Shown here: piece by piece, positions 14,435 to 27,992 of the stretch
How positions within the stretch are numbered: position 1 is the first letter of the stretch
Layout: each line of letters begins with the position of its first letter
Source of the DNA: Eledone cirrhosa
Taxonomy: Eukaryota
DNA length: 64,000 bases
Reading direction: 5' to 3'
Assembly (NCBI GenBank): GCA_964016885.1
Contig: OZ024742.1
Coordinates: 352,036,001-352,100,000 of the forward strand
Notes under the pieces: model-generated
Database searches by the model: none
Told to the model about the DNA's origin: nothing
Seen by the model: the letters and a program-made list of their open reading frames with translations, nothing else
Made by a program: the position numbers and the translations under genes

Positions 14435-14856
14435 CCTTGTCTGGCTTTCTGGAGAATAGAGGAAAGGTGTTTCCTCAAAAACTAGTATGACTCTAAAAAA
14501 CCGGTTTGTCTGTGTGTTTACATACAGAATAGCTGGCCACTCACAGTAAAGTGACCAGTGAGAGACTTGGTACATCTACATATGTATACGTGTGTGTATT
14601 CATATGCATACTAGTATTTCAGTATACATATGTGGATGTACATATTTAACTTAATTGTTTAAGCGTCAGTCATACAAAAGTGGGTTACAAACGAAACGAA
14701 ATTTAATTTCGTTTCGTTATTTGTTTTTATCGTCTCCGTTGAACCGGTACGTACTCACACTCTATGCAAATTAGTCTGCCCACTACTAATTTTCATAGAA
14801 AAAGCATATAACGATATGTGCTTTTACGATTCTCCAGAAAGGCCGGTAGATAGGTA

Positions 14857-14901
14857 AATATGGCTGATGAGTTGTAAAAACAACGAAACTAGTTCAATAT
14901 T
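14857..14901 (+). ncRNA. Minimal type I hammerhead, array copy 4
   Basis: AATATgG-CTGATGA-GTTGT(aaaa)ACAAC-GAAA-CTAG-TT-CAATATT. Confidence 0.75.
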
Positions 14902-15189
14902 CCTTGTCTGGCTTTCTGGAGAATAGAGGAAAGGTGTTTCCTCAAAAACCAGTATGACTCTAAAAACCGGTTTGTCTGTGTGTTTACATACAGAATAGCT
15001 GGCCACTCACAGTAAAGTGACCAGTGAAAGACTTGGTACATCTACATATGTATACGTGTGTGTATTCATATGCATACTAGTATTTCAGTACACATATGTG
15101 GATGTACATTTTTAACTTAATTGTTTAAGCGTCAGTCATACAAAAGTGAGTTACAAACGAAACGAAATTTAATTTCGTTTCGTTATTTG

Positions 15190-15226
<37 letters not shown>

Positions 15227-18200
15227 ACCAAAAGCAGTAAGCTTATTTGTTGTTATTTTATTACTGTTGTTAATGTGGTTTTTGTTGCTGCTATTGCTCT
15301 TGATGCTGATATCTTCGTTCCTGTTGTGATTGGTGATGGTGTGTGTGATTTGGTAAATAACAAAATGTCTAACTTGCTATTTTCACAGGTCTTAGGATGT
15401 TCGTTGTTGTCAAGAGCTAATGAAATGCATTTTCTGTGTGAAATATAGATTTTCTGAACAAATATCTTTCCAATAGCGATAGTACTTTCACATTTTGTGG
15501 AAGACCGAAACGGTTCATATTTGAAAGACATTTTCTTCATTTTATTTTCCTCTCTTTTTAATGTTATGTTATATTTCTTTGTGTTATTGCAAGCAATATT
15601 ATACACAGCCCCATTTCCAGACACACTGCCGAGGCTCTAGCAACTCAGAATGTCACTATTTACAAACGAAATAACGTAATATACAGAATAAGTAATCATT
15701 GAATAGGAAGAATAGTGGAATAAGAAATGTTATTTAACATAAGATATTGACAATTCACATAATGTTGCAAAAGACAGGACATGTTAATAAACAACAACTA
15801 CAACAACAATGACAAAGAACAACAACAAATTCAGTATCATGTTTTGCAAATGAAGAAAATAACAGTCATTTTTTTCGTATTAGTTCCCTTGCGAGTGTCT
15901 TTCAACATGGACAAGACTCAAACCAAATGGAAGTAATGGCAAATCTACATCAGCAATGTTTCCTTTACAGAAGAATCGGTTCAGAACCGATGCAATAAAA
16001 GGCTTAACAAACATTGACAGAACAAGGAGGAACAGGTTTGGTTTTAATATAATCTCACAGGTTGAACTGAGTATAAACTTTTTGAGTTTTGATAAGAAGT
16101 GTTTTATTTTCTGACAGAGTTTATTCCAACGGAATATATAAGTATAATAAGCTACAGTCATCGGTAGCTTTGGAACTGATCATGGCTAAGTGGTGAGGGT
16201 TGAGGCTACGAAAAATATAAATTGTGTGGTCAGTATGTATATAGATAACATATACCTTAAAACTCCAAAAATATGTAGCCATTTATGTGTTATGTCTCCT
16301 CATGAATATAAAGCTAAATATGGAGAATAACGTTACAGTAAAAATAGCTTATGAATTTTAATTCTGGCACCTAAGCTCTTATTGCACTGACAATTTGAAG
16401 AACAGTATGATAGCAACTAAATCACTTATAGAATTAGCAGATTGTGGTTCAATATGCACCGCTTGAATAATTGCTTGTGTGACTCTAGTATTTCTCACGA
16501 ATCGGCCTCTTCGCTCCTAGAATGAGACGAGGAAGTCAGAAGACACCCCCTATGTCTATACAGCTGTGACAGTGAGTAGAAACTGGAAGAAAATAGTTTT
16601 TATTTTTAAACGTAACAGCAGAACTTGTCCGAACAGCGTCGTCTGTCCGAGGAAAAATATTTTCCGTCTCAATTTTGATCATAATATTTCTTCATTCTTA
16701 AAGCCATCGTCACTGGTTACAAAAGCCGCAGAAAATGAAATGAAACAAGTTGCATAAAAAAATCGTGTTTGACCTAAAGTTGTGGAAGACGGATATCATA
16801 TAATATTCACAGTCCTTCGTTTCAGAAAGAAATGTCACATAAATAATATAAATAAGTGAAGATGCAAATAATCTTGAACACATATCCATTAAATGAAGCC
16901 CAAGGTGGGCAGAAATAGAGTAGGCGATCAGCCAACATATTAAAAATGCAATAATACAATGACTGATTATCATCACAAGAAATCCAAAGAATTATACTGT
17001 GGATGTAGAGATTTGGAACTTTGTGGGAGTACATATACGAGAGAAACAGAGAATTGTCGATTCTCGTACAGATATGTATGCACATCTATATTAAAATGAT
17101 GCTTAAGTGTATATGTTTCCTAATGTCATTGTCGTTTATTAACCAGTAGAATTTCAAATTTAAGCTGGTGAATGTTTACAATCTCCTTGATTTCTTTCGA
17201 ATTCTTTAAATTTAAAGCAAAATCACTACAAATCTACGACTTATATTAATACAAAACAATATAGTATGCCCTAATTAAGAATATCATGTCTGAAACTAAT
17301 GTAAGATCAGTGCAATTGACAGGATTGGAACACTTACGGAGTTACACATATATATCCCCGTGCCATGTGTTATTCTTCGAAAACCTCGTCATGATAATCA
17401 GTGTTTGCCTTTTAATATACTTGTAGCTTCATCATATATTCCGGCTCAACATGATCTTCGTTACTAGGACATGGGTTCAATATACATCATAGTAGGTTTC
17501 ATTGATAACAGCTGATCTCAGAAAGAACAACCTCAGATATATCTAGAATGAAGTTATCAGCTTCTGGTCAGGATATTGCAGGGGATGAGTATTTCTCCAT
17601 TGAATCAACGTAAATTAGGGGTCTGTATTTGCGAAAAGAAATAGTGAATTTAATTTAGATAATTTAGACGTCGAATGGTATAATTAGCGCATAAATATCC
17701 ATTAAGAACTACCTACTATCTTAATTATAAATTAAAACTATTGATATCGGTGATATATATTCATAGAAATATTTTCATCATTCTCAGCACAGACACCATC
17801 CCAGCAACAATAGCATCTGACACGAACACCACAACTACCACCACCGACACTATCAGATTCGCTTGGTCTGCTACAAATAGAAGCCAATATTTCTTCATAT
17901 AGAGACGTGCAAGTAATTTTCACGATGTAATCTTAGATATTATATCCTGCCCACAACCTCTAAAATAAAAACAACATGTGAAGGGTACGAGAAGATTTAT
18001 TTGACCCCATGTCTGACATCAGCGAAAACAAAATTAACAAAATGCTAGAGTGACGTAACAGAAAACATGCAATTTTTATATAATGATCGTCTAATGGTTA
18101 ATCTTTCGTGCAGCTCCACCTAACGGAAGCTACTAAATTAAGAATAGTAAATCAATATAAATAGGATAATTCACGCATGTTTAATGCAATTAAACGCTAT

Positions 18201-18348
18201 GTGTCACGTGTACAAAATAAATGAGTGTAAATAATAGTTAATGAATGTATATCACATTTTAGATATACATGGTGGTACATTGGTCAATATATCCTAGCAC
18301 ACATGTCGGATATAGGATGTATGTGGCTTCGATAAATCCAGATGCAGG

Positions 18349-18386
<38 letters not shown>

Positions 18387-18390
18387 ATAC

Positions 18391-18427
<37 letters not shown>

Positions 18428-19297
18428 CGTTATTCCGGGTTGAATCGGAGGTAACCACAGTAAGTAAGGTACTCAATACATAGCAGAGTATAATAGTTTT
18501 AATATAGAAGAGATTCTACAGGACTAGAACTGTTTCATTCATTAGAAATCATCAGGAATCTGGGTATCAAAAAATAAATATGGTATTTATAGGTCTCTAC
18601 AAGTGGTAGGAGAGGGTGGGGAGTGGGATGGGTGCAGGTCATTGGTTGATAGAGAAGGGAATTCATTAAAGGCTAATTCTACATAGCTATAGTTAATTTA
18701 TATTTATTTATGTTTTTAGAGTAACAAAGGCAGACAGGAATCTATAAACAAGTTCCGGATGGCATACCATTCCTTGTCAATAAGTTTCTCTTAAGCTAGC
18801 AGATGTCTATAAAATCAGTGGGGGGTCATTCATGCTCGATAGAATTAAAGAAAAGGGAGATTCTTTAAAAGCTAAAGTCATTAAGTTCTGCTAAGTGACA
18901 AAGGTCTAGGGAATTCTGCAGACAGATTCAAAATACTGAGTGCATATCTTACTATTATCTTCGAACTTCTCTTAAACTAATCAACAATATGCCAAATCAA
19001 CAGACACATTCACAAAAAACCCCCAAAAAAACCAAAAAACCAGAAAAACAAAAAAAAACCACACCTAAAAAAAACCCCAAAAAACACACATACTCACTCA
19101 CACACTTACGCGCAACCATAAACACACACATAAACACAAATACACACATAAAAACACACACACATATATAAAAAAAATTATATAAATATATACAAATATA
19201 TATTCATGTACACGCACATACATACACACATACATACATACATACATATATAAAATACATATACACATATACATACGCACACATATATAATATATAC

Positions 19298-19372
<75 letters not shown>

Positions 19373-19499
19373 TACATACATACACACACATACATATACA
19401 TATATACACATATACATATATATACACACACATACACACACACACACATACATACATATATATATACACACACATATATACACACATACATATATATAC

Positions 19500-19554
<55 letters not shown>

Positions 19555-19745
19555 CATACATATATATATATATATATACACATATATATATATATATACA
19601 CACACACACGGATACACACACACATACACATACATACACACATACACACATATATATACACAAGTGAATACACTCACACGCATACATAGAAACACGAGTA
19701 TACATATGTATAAATATCTATACACACACACATACACACACATAT

Positions 19746-19806
<61 letters not shown>

Positions 19807-19862
19807 CATATACACACATACATACACACACACATACACATATATACACATACATACATATA

Positions 19863-19903
<41 letters not shown>

Positions 19904-19907
19904 ACAT

Positions 19908-19954
<47 letters not shown>

Positions 19955-20023
19955 CACATACATACACACACACACATATACACATACATATATATATAAC
20001 TCTCTAAACACACACATACAAAT

Positions 20024-20095
<72 letters not shown>

Positions 20096-20096
20096 G

Positions 20097-20130
<34 letters not shown>

Positions 20131-20234
20131 TATATATATGTGTGTATGTGTGTATGTATGTGTATGTGTGTGTGTATCCGTGTGTGTGTGTATATATATA
20201 TATATATGTGTATATATATATATATATATGTATG

Positions 20235-20292
<58 letters not shown>

Positions 20293-20419
20293 GTATATAT
20301 ATGTATGTGTGTATATATGTGTGTGTATATATATATGTATGTATGTGTGTGTGTGTGTATGTGTGTGTATATATATGTATATGTGTATATATGTATATGT
20401 ATGTGTGTGTATGTATGTA

Positions 20420-20494
<75 letters not shown>

Positions 20495-21293
20495 GTATAT
20501 ATTATATATGTGTGCGTATGTATATGTGTATATGTATTTTATATATGTATGTATGTATGTATGTGTGTATGTATGTGCGTGTACATGAATATATATTTGT
20601 ATATATTTATATAATTTTTTTTATATATGTGTGTGTGCTTTTATGTGTGTATTTGTGTTTATGTGTGTGTTTATGGTTGCGCGTAAGTGTGTGAGTGAGT
20701 ATGTGTGTTTTTTGGGGTTTTTTTTAGGTGTGGTTTTTTTTTGTTTTTCTGGTTTTTTGGTTTTTTTGGGGGTTTTTTGTGAATGTGTCTGTTGATTTGG
20801 CATATTGTTGATTAGTTTAAGAGAAGTTCGAAGATAATAGTAAGATATGCACTCAGTATTTTGAATCTGTCTGCAGAATTCCCTAGACCTTTGTCACTTA
20901 GCAGAACTTAATGACTTTAGCTTTTAAAGAATCTCCCTTTTCTTTAATTCTATCGAGCATGAATGACCCCCCACTGATTTTATAGACATCTGCTAGCTTA
21001 AGAGAAACTTATTGACAAGGAATGGTATGCCATCCGGAACTTGTTTATAGATTCCTGTCTGCCTTTGTTACTCTAAAAACATAAATAAATATAAATTAAC
21101 TATAGCTATGTAGAATTAGCCTTTAATGAATTCCCTTCTCTATCAACCAATGACCTGCACCCATCCCACTCCCCACCCTCTCCTACCACTTGTAGAGACC
21201 TATAAATACCATATTTATTTTTTGATACCCAGATTCCTGATGATTTCTAATGAATGAAACAGTTCTAGTCCTGTAGAATCTCTTCTATATTAA

Positions 21294-21297
<4 letters not shown>
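18428..21297. repeat. Large inverted repeat, arms ~18494-19660 and ~20130-21297, with a ~65-bp tail on the left arm
   Basis: The arms are near-identical reverse complements including compound microsatellites (mirror ORFs 18989-19171 and 20621-20803); HHR near each outer end. Confidence 0.92.
21231..21281 (+). ncRNA. Type I hammerhead motif; mirror copy 18511-18561 on minus
   Basis: AGATTC-CTGATGA-tTTC(taat)GAAt-GAAA-CAG(ttctagtc)CTG-TA-GAATCT: canonical core, 6-bp stem I, GUA site. Confidence 0.78.
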
Positions 21298-21356
<59 letters not shown>

Positions 21357-22289
21357 TAAATATATAGATAGATAGATAGATGCAAATATATGGACACACA
21401 CACGCACATATACGCACGCACACACACACGCACACACATATATATGTATATATATATATATATATATATGTATCCCTCTCTGCCTGATAGATGATAGAGA
21501 GAGAGAGATACGTGTGTAGAGAAATAATAATTGTAACACGGTAAAATATGTATTGAGAGGCAAGAAGATGAGATTGATAAATAGCTATATAAATTGATAT
21601 TGCCAACACTCTCTGTAAACAGGCAGCTAGTTGAAACGACAACAGCAATAGTAAACTCTATTGCTGAACAAGTGAACATTTTTTTAAAACTTGATTTTAA
21701 TAATTGTATAAATATATTCATCTGTATGATTAATTATGCTGTCCACAATACATTGCACTGACAAACTAAATACTATTTCTCATATATCCATATATGGACA
21801 AATTATGTACTGAATCTGTTAAATCAATTCACTCTCCATCTTTCTTCTTATCTTTCTCATTTATACAATGACACACGCACGCTCACATACAGACGGAATC
21901 CAATTATTCGAAAATCAGAAACGCATAGAGTAAAGCACAACACTGATAAATACACACACACACACAGCACACAAATCTGGACAAATGGCCCTTTCAGATT
22001 GAAATTATTAGACAGAAACATCCGCGAGGAATCAAAGACTGATTGGTAATCGTTTAGATGAAAGTCTAAACACAACGCACAGGGAACATTTGACACAAAT
22101 ACATCTAAAGCAAATAATTATTATATTAGTTGATCATTGTAAATAATAGTTGCATGGTCGGCTAAAACATATCAAATGTTGTCCTTACATCAGTGCGTCT
22201 AACAATGTACGTGTGTATGGTCACATACCTCCCGAGCAAGTCCTAGGGGCAAGGTAGTAACATAGGGTGTGTCTATGTCCTTTCTTAAA

Positions 22290-22498
22290 TCTAACGGAGT
22301 CAATCTCCTCTTCAAGTCTCTGAATACAGCAAATGGATATAGAGGAAGAAACGATCCCAGTAATTGACTGGTGATATTTTATCAACCACGAAACGATCAA
22401 AGGCAAAGTTGACCTTGTCAGGATTTGAACTCAGAGAGCAGAAATGAATTCACAAAGCATTTTATCCGACGTTCTAACGTCCCAACAAATCGCAGCCT
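22290..22498 (-). mobile_element. Diverged copy of SINE family S1
   Basis: CAAAGGCAAAGTTGACCTTGTCAGGATTTGAACTCAGA..CATTTTATCCGACGTTCTAACG. Confidence 0.6.
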
Positions 22499-23062
22499 CT
22501 CTTCTGAAAATTACAAACGCAACAATATAATGTTACTAACTCTTAAAGTACTCAGATTTGGTAGATGCTAGCAGCGTTTATAGATTGAAGCTAAGCAAAT
22601 ATCGTTGTTTGTTAAAAATAAAAGTAATCAAATTTCAGGTTCTTGTAAATAACTATATATTTATGTCTGAGGTTTCTAATAAATTTGTGGATTTCAAAAT
22701 GTTCTTACGTCTAGTTGAAATATTGCCTAGTGCAGCGATACAACGGGATGTTTAATAAAAAACTATAATTTACTCAAGAGGTAGTTGACAATAGATCGAC
22801 ATATAACAGACCTGTGTCTTGGTGGATTTGATGACACTATAAAATGCCATGCGCATAACATCTGATAATTTACTTAACGCTGTCATTTATTATCTCAAAC
22901 CATATTCTCTCACACACACACACAAACGCATATATATATATATAGACTATATAAATACATTATATATATATATATATGCATATATATACATACATATATA
23001 TTCATATATATATATATATATATGAGGTAAAACAAAAACAAAAACAATAACGAAGATTGCAG

Positions 23063-23163
<101 letters not shown>

Positions 23164-23573
23164 ATAATAATAAATGTGAAGACTAAAATCCAAAGAGGGC
23201 TCGATAAGGATAAATATATATCAAATATATAAGAACCCTAGAGCAAATATTTAATAAAATAACAGAACGGTATCTTCAAAGTTTGAAAATCCCGTTAAGG
23301 GTGAAAGCAGCGATTGTCTGGTGACATTTTAATCTGTTATTTCAATATATATACATATATAAAATGTGTAAGTTAAATATGTAAAATGTGGCCTCGTTTA
23401 TTACAAATATAGCTGGTTAGTGGCGAAAAGGGTCATATAGTGTTAATGACATCTAACATCATGAGGCATGGATGACTATGGACAATATATTAGAATAGCT
23501 GTTGTCTTCATTACAAATTATAGATATACTTCTATATATATTTCGGTTTATATTTACAAAGATCATCATACAG

Positions 23574-23629
<56 letters not shown>

Positions 23630-23635
<6 letters not shown>

Positions 23636-24270
23636 GTTTACATATATATATATACATACATATACATATACGTGCTTTGCAACTGGTCACTTTGTGGCTC
23701 AATGAAAAATTAATAAATTAAACAATCAGAGCTATATATCATAAAACATGTCTATAGAATCACAAGATAAAATATATACTATTTCCTCTCCAAATTAGCA
23801 TAATTAATCATTTAAAAAATCGAATAGACCAGGCTATAAGAATGAGGCTCGTATGAACAAATCTCCGACAAATAACCGAAACTAGCGCTTCGCGTCTGCC
23901 GCAGCGGAATATTTATCGAATATTTCGAGAGCGTAATCGCCCAGATATAGTCAACTAAACAGAATTAGGTGTAAAACAAACCAGGAGAAAATAGAATTTA
24001 AATGTATTCTATTTTCTCCTGGTTTGTTTTACACCTAATTCTGTTTAGTTGACTATATCTGGGCGATTACGCTGTCGAAATATTCGATAAATATTCCGCT
24101 GCGGCCGACGCGAAGCGCTAGTTTCGGTTATTTGTCGGAGATTTGTTCATACGAGCCTCATTCTTATAGCCTGGTCTATTCGATTTTTTATATGGTTAAT
24201 TATGCTAATTGGGAGAGGAAATAGTATATATTTTATCTTGTAATTCTATAGACATGTTTTATGATATATA
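23630..24270. repeat. Fold-back element, ~260-bp arms centred ~24001; relative at 33958-34530
   Basis: GGAGAAAATAGAAT-ttaaatgt-ATTCTATTTTCTCC with long pairing arms; shares TAGACCAGGCTATAAGAAT with ~34050-34070. Confidence 0.85.
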
Positions 24271-24289
24271 TATGTATATATATAGAGAA

Positions 24290-24942
24290 ATTTTGAGTAT
24301 ATGTTGGTTGTGTACCGACACGTCAGTATGCAGATTGGAGCACTCGACGAACTACGCAAGTTGGTTTGTTTACTCCGGAGTAATGTAAAATAATTAAGTC
24401 AAATATGTAAAATTTGGCTTCGTTTATTACAAATTATAGATATAGTGCTATATATATTTTGGTGACAGCTATCATTGTGACCTCTTCAGGCAGTCCTAAT
24501 TGGTGTGGTAGAGACAGGTACACATGTTGTTGAAGTGTGTTTTACTCCGTCAATACCCCGATATGTCCAGCTCCTGGTTGAGTTGTTATTTCTCTTAGGA
24601 ACTGGAATCATAACATATGATTCCAGTTCCTAAGAAAAATAACAAGACTACCAGGAGCTGGATATATCGATGGATTGACAGAGTAAAACACACTTCAACA
24701 GCATGTGTACCTGTCTTTCCCACACTAATTCGGACAGCCTGAAGATGTAACAGCCAATGATAGCTGTCACCAAAATATATATAGCACTATATCTATAATT
24801 TGTAATAAACGAAGCCAACATTTTACATATTTGACTTAATTATTTTACATTATTCCGGAGTAAACAAACCAACTTGCGTAGTTCGTCAAGTGCTCCAATC
24901 TGCCTACTGAGGTGTCGGTACACAACCAACATATACTCAAAA
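24290..24942. mobile_element. Fold-back element, ~320-bp arms centred ~24614, decayed HHRs at 24445-24494 (minus) and 24736-24786 (plus)
   Basis: GC-CTGAAGA-tGTaACAGC(caatgata)GCTGTcACc-AAAA-tatata-TA-GC; the fragment at 23510-23575 retains GAAA. The fold resembles family D. Confidence 0.75.
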
Positions 24943-24954
24943 TGTATATATATA

Positions 24955-25091
<137 letters not shown>

Positions 25092-25382
25092 CTGTATGAG
25101 GATCTTTGAAAATATAAACATTTGCATAAATATTCAGAGGGAAAAGTAAATTTTGTGTTAAATTGATGACCTGTTTGCAGAGAATCAGGAACGACAACTA
25201 TTGGTAAAGCCACTGTAAGTACAGAACGCATGGTCATGATTCAAACAGGAAATTGTCTTCTTCCTGTCATTAATATTTATAGTGTGGAATAATAAACTAT
25301 TCTTTAACTGGCACTGCGTTGAAGAATCTACGCCGTAAATCCTTCCTGCATATATATATATATATATAAATATATATACACG

Positions 25383-25488
<106 letters not shown>

Positions 25489-25563
25489 CATATATATAAA
25501 TATATATATATATATATATTGATATATGTATGTATTTATATATACGTATATATGTGGGTGTGC

Positions 25564-25594
<31 letters not shown>

Positions 25595-25640
25595 CGTGTG
25601 TGTGTTTACATATAAACATATATATATAAGTATATTTGCA

Positions 25641-25692
<52 letters not shown>

Positions 25693-25966
25693 CGTGTGTG
25701 TGTTTGTGTGTGTGGTTGTGTGTGTATAAATATATACGACCAAAATTAGATTAAAGACGCCATGTCTGAAAATATCAGACATGCGCCATATGACCTGGGG
25801 AATAAGCTAAACTATTCCATGTAATAAATCCGAGTATTTATTAACATCATATTTAAATGAACACACCAAATAATTACAGAGATAACTTGTAAACAGTGCA
25901 AACACACACATTTAAATATGAATTCGTCTTCGATTCTCTCAGAACCGGAGACAAATTCATGTAAAG

Positions 25967-26025
25967 CATATCTGAAGATATTTCGATTACAGAGTCAGGT
26001 TCGATAGTGGAACATATGTAATATG
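25967..26025 (+). ncRNA. Type I hammerhead-like motif
   Basis: CATAT-CTGAAGA-tattTCGA..TCGAtagt-GGAA-CATATG-TA-ATATG: 5-bp stem I, palindromic ACATATGT stem III, one core change (GAAA>GGAA). Confidence 0.6.
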
Positions 26026-26259
26026 TTTCTAAATATGTTATGATGGAACATTGAATCCTTGTTCCTTATCCTTATATTATACTATATTTATATATATATA
26101 TACACGCACACACATATAAATATATATGAAAAAAGGAAAAGAATGACTTCACATGTGGTTCTAAATAATTTGATTTAATTTTATAGTTTAATATTATGAG
26201 TTGGTAGATCTAGTAAGTTCTGTGTTAACTTCAGTGGGAAGAATTTTAAAGATTCCTGG

Positions 26260-27806
26260 TTAGGACTAACCGCATGTGACTTCAAGACCCTGCTATACCA
26301 ACACAGACATACCTTTCGAAACCCGGCCCGGCGTCACGCCACTACACTTTCGGGCCACATATGGGACCTCAATTACAACAACATCACCTATGATCTCACT
26401 TGGAGATTACTGTCCAGAGCCAATTCTTACACGGGAGGACACCGTCCGTGCAATTTATGCTCGGAGGAAACTTTACAAATGCTGTTTTCGACGGACCAAC
26501 TCCTAAACAAGAAATATGAACTGGTTACTGCATGTAAACATAGATTGCGTAGGACTTACCTCGCCCTCAAACCCCGTAATGACCTGGGAGAGGGTAGACT
26601 ATGGATATAACACCCCACTTGCCGATTTTGCAATGGGTAACCCCTGCTTGCCAAGGGAGACGTAAGATCTTTTTATTCTTTTATCACTTCCTTTATTTCC
26701 TTCTTCCCCCATCCATCCTTAGTCCTTCTACCCCAGCTCTTCTTCTTTGTCAGCGTCTTTTCTAGCCCACCCGAGGCTGCCCTTTGGCCTCCTGTAGCCT
26801 CAGTAACCCCCTCCACCTAGTCTATGATAGATTTGGCGGACTCCGCTTTTTATAGCAGCTGCTTTAGACCCCGGATACTTGCCCCCCTTTTCAGACCGCT
26901 CCCACTATTTTCCGTGCCTTCTATATTTCTTAGTGGCACTTATGCCTTATTTTCTCGTTTCAGTATTTCTTTCTTCGCTTTTCTTTTAGGCGGGATGGAT
27001 TCTGAATTTATTTTTCCGTATTCTACCTTTACTTCGTACGAACTTTCATGTAGCTTGCATAAGATCTTTTAGAGTTAGCATTAGTATATATTTTTTTCGG
27101 GACTCAGAATTATTATCTCGTACTAGTTTACTTTGCTGCACTGGGTGGTTGCTGGCATTGTGCCCGGGATAGAAACCTTTATTATTTATTTCGTGGTAGT
27201 CTCTGTAGTATTTTGGCCCCATTTGTTGACCCGTCACCGTATTATTTACGTACTTATACCTCTTAAAAGGGTGCTTGCCTATTCCGTCCCACCTAGTTCA
27301 TTTACTTATTTCGTTACTTCTTTATTTATTTCTTTACTTCTTTATTTATTTATTTATTTATTTATCTAGCCTAACAATAGCTAGAGACTTAGGTCGTAGT
27401 ACTTGCTTTACTTTTTTCTTTACACTTATTCGCTTTTCTTTACTCTCAGTATTTTTTCTTTCTTATATATTTTTACCCCTCATTGTTCTACCTACCCATC
27501 CGACTTCCTCCCCCTCCCCATCCCCAGTATCCTCTTTGACCTCATGCCCAGCTGTAGCTGGCACTACCAATGCTTGATTGGGTCTACTCCACCCCCTCCA
27601 CTCTTTCTCCTACTGGCAGGTTTAGCCACCATCTCCCCTACTAATTTGCAATCACAGAATTACTACTGACTTTTGACAATCACTTTGACCATATATGGAA
27701 TTACCCCTTGAGAAGATCGGCTATTTAAATACCAGGATAAATTTTCATTTAGTCCAGAATTAGCCGTCGAAACGGCTTGAGCTCAGCCGTCGGGGTTTCA
27801 CTGGTT

Positions 27807-27810
<4 letters not shown>
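26260..27810 (+). mobile_element. 5'-truncated Penelope-like element: GIY-YIG C-terminus (26260-26610) + ~1.1-kb 3' region + family B pseudo-LTR
   Basis: Open frame absent from the ORF track: LGLTACDFKTLLYQHRHTFRNPARRHATTLSGHIWDLNYNNITYDLTWRLLSRANSYTGGHRPCNLCSEETLQMLFSTDQLLNKKYELVTACKH...LWI*. Confidence 0.88.
27703..27796 (+). ncRNA. Full family B hammerhead, U3-A8 core, extended stem II
   Basis: ACCCC-TTGAGAA-GAtCGGCTA..GGATAAAT(tttc)ATTTAgTCC..TAGCCGTC-GAAA-CGGCT(tgagctc)AGCCG-TC-GGGGT; GUC site. Confidence 0.75.
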
Positions 27811-27902
<92 letters not shown>

Positions 27903-27992
27903 AATATATAAATATATATATGAATATATATATATATATACACACACATGAATATATATATATATATATATATGAATATATATATATATATA

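Larger units (their letters stand above)
13417..15194. mobile_element. Retrozyme-like array: 466-bp unit, two copies in one orientation then ~1.8 inverted copies, in (TA)n
   Basis: The unit marker CAAATAACG occurs at 13420, 13886 and 14352 (period 466); inversion junction ~14373; no credible ORF; one HHR per unit. Confidence 0.85.

Noticed and set aside
14369-15006. Repeated short ORFs (..RVILVFEETPFLYSPESQTRNIELVS..) as a peptide encoded by the 466-bp unit
   Set aside because: Start and frame differ between copies and the ORF is antisense to the hammerhead.
19098-20694. Long ORFs of YI/CV/HT dipeptide repeats (and the many similar ORFs across the window)
   Set aside because: Translations of (TA)n, (TG)n and (CA)n microsatellites, which lack stop codons; no protein features.
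23860-24140. Hammerhead within the 23630-24270 fold-back
   Set aside because: GAAA plus a stem III-like hairpin exists, but I could not find a credible core and stem I.
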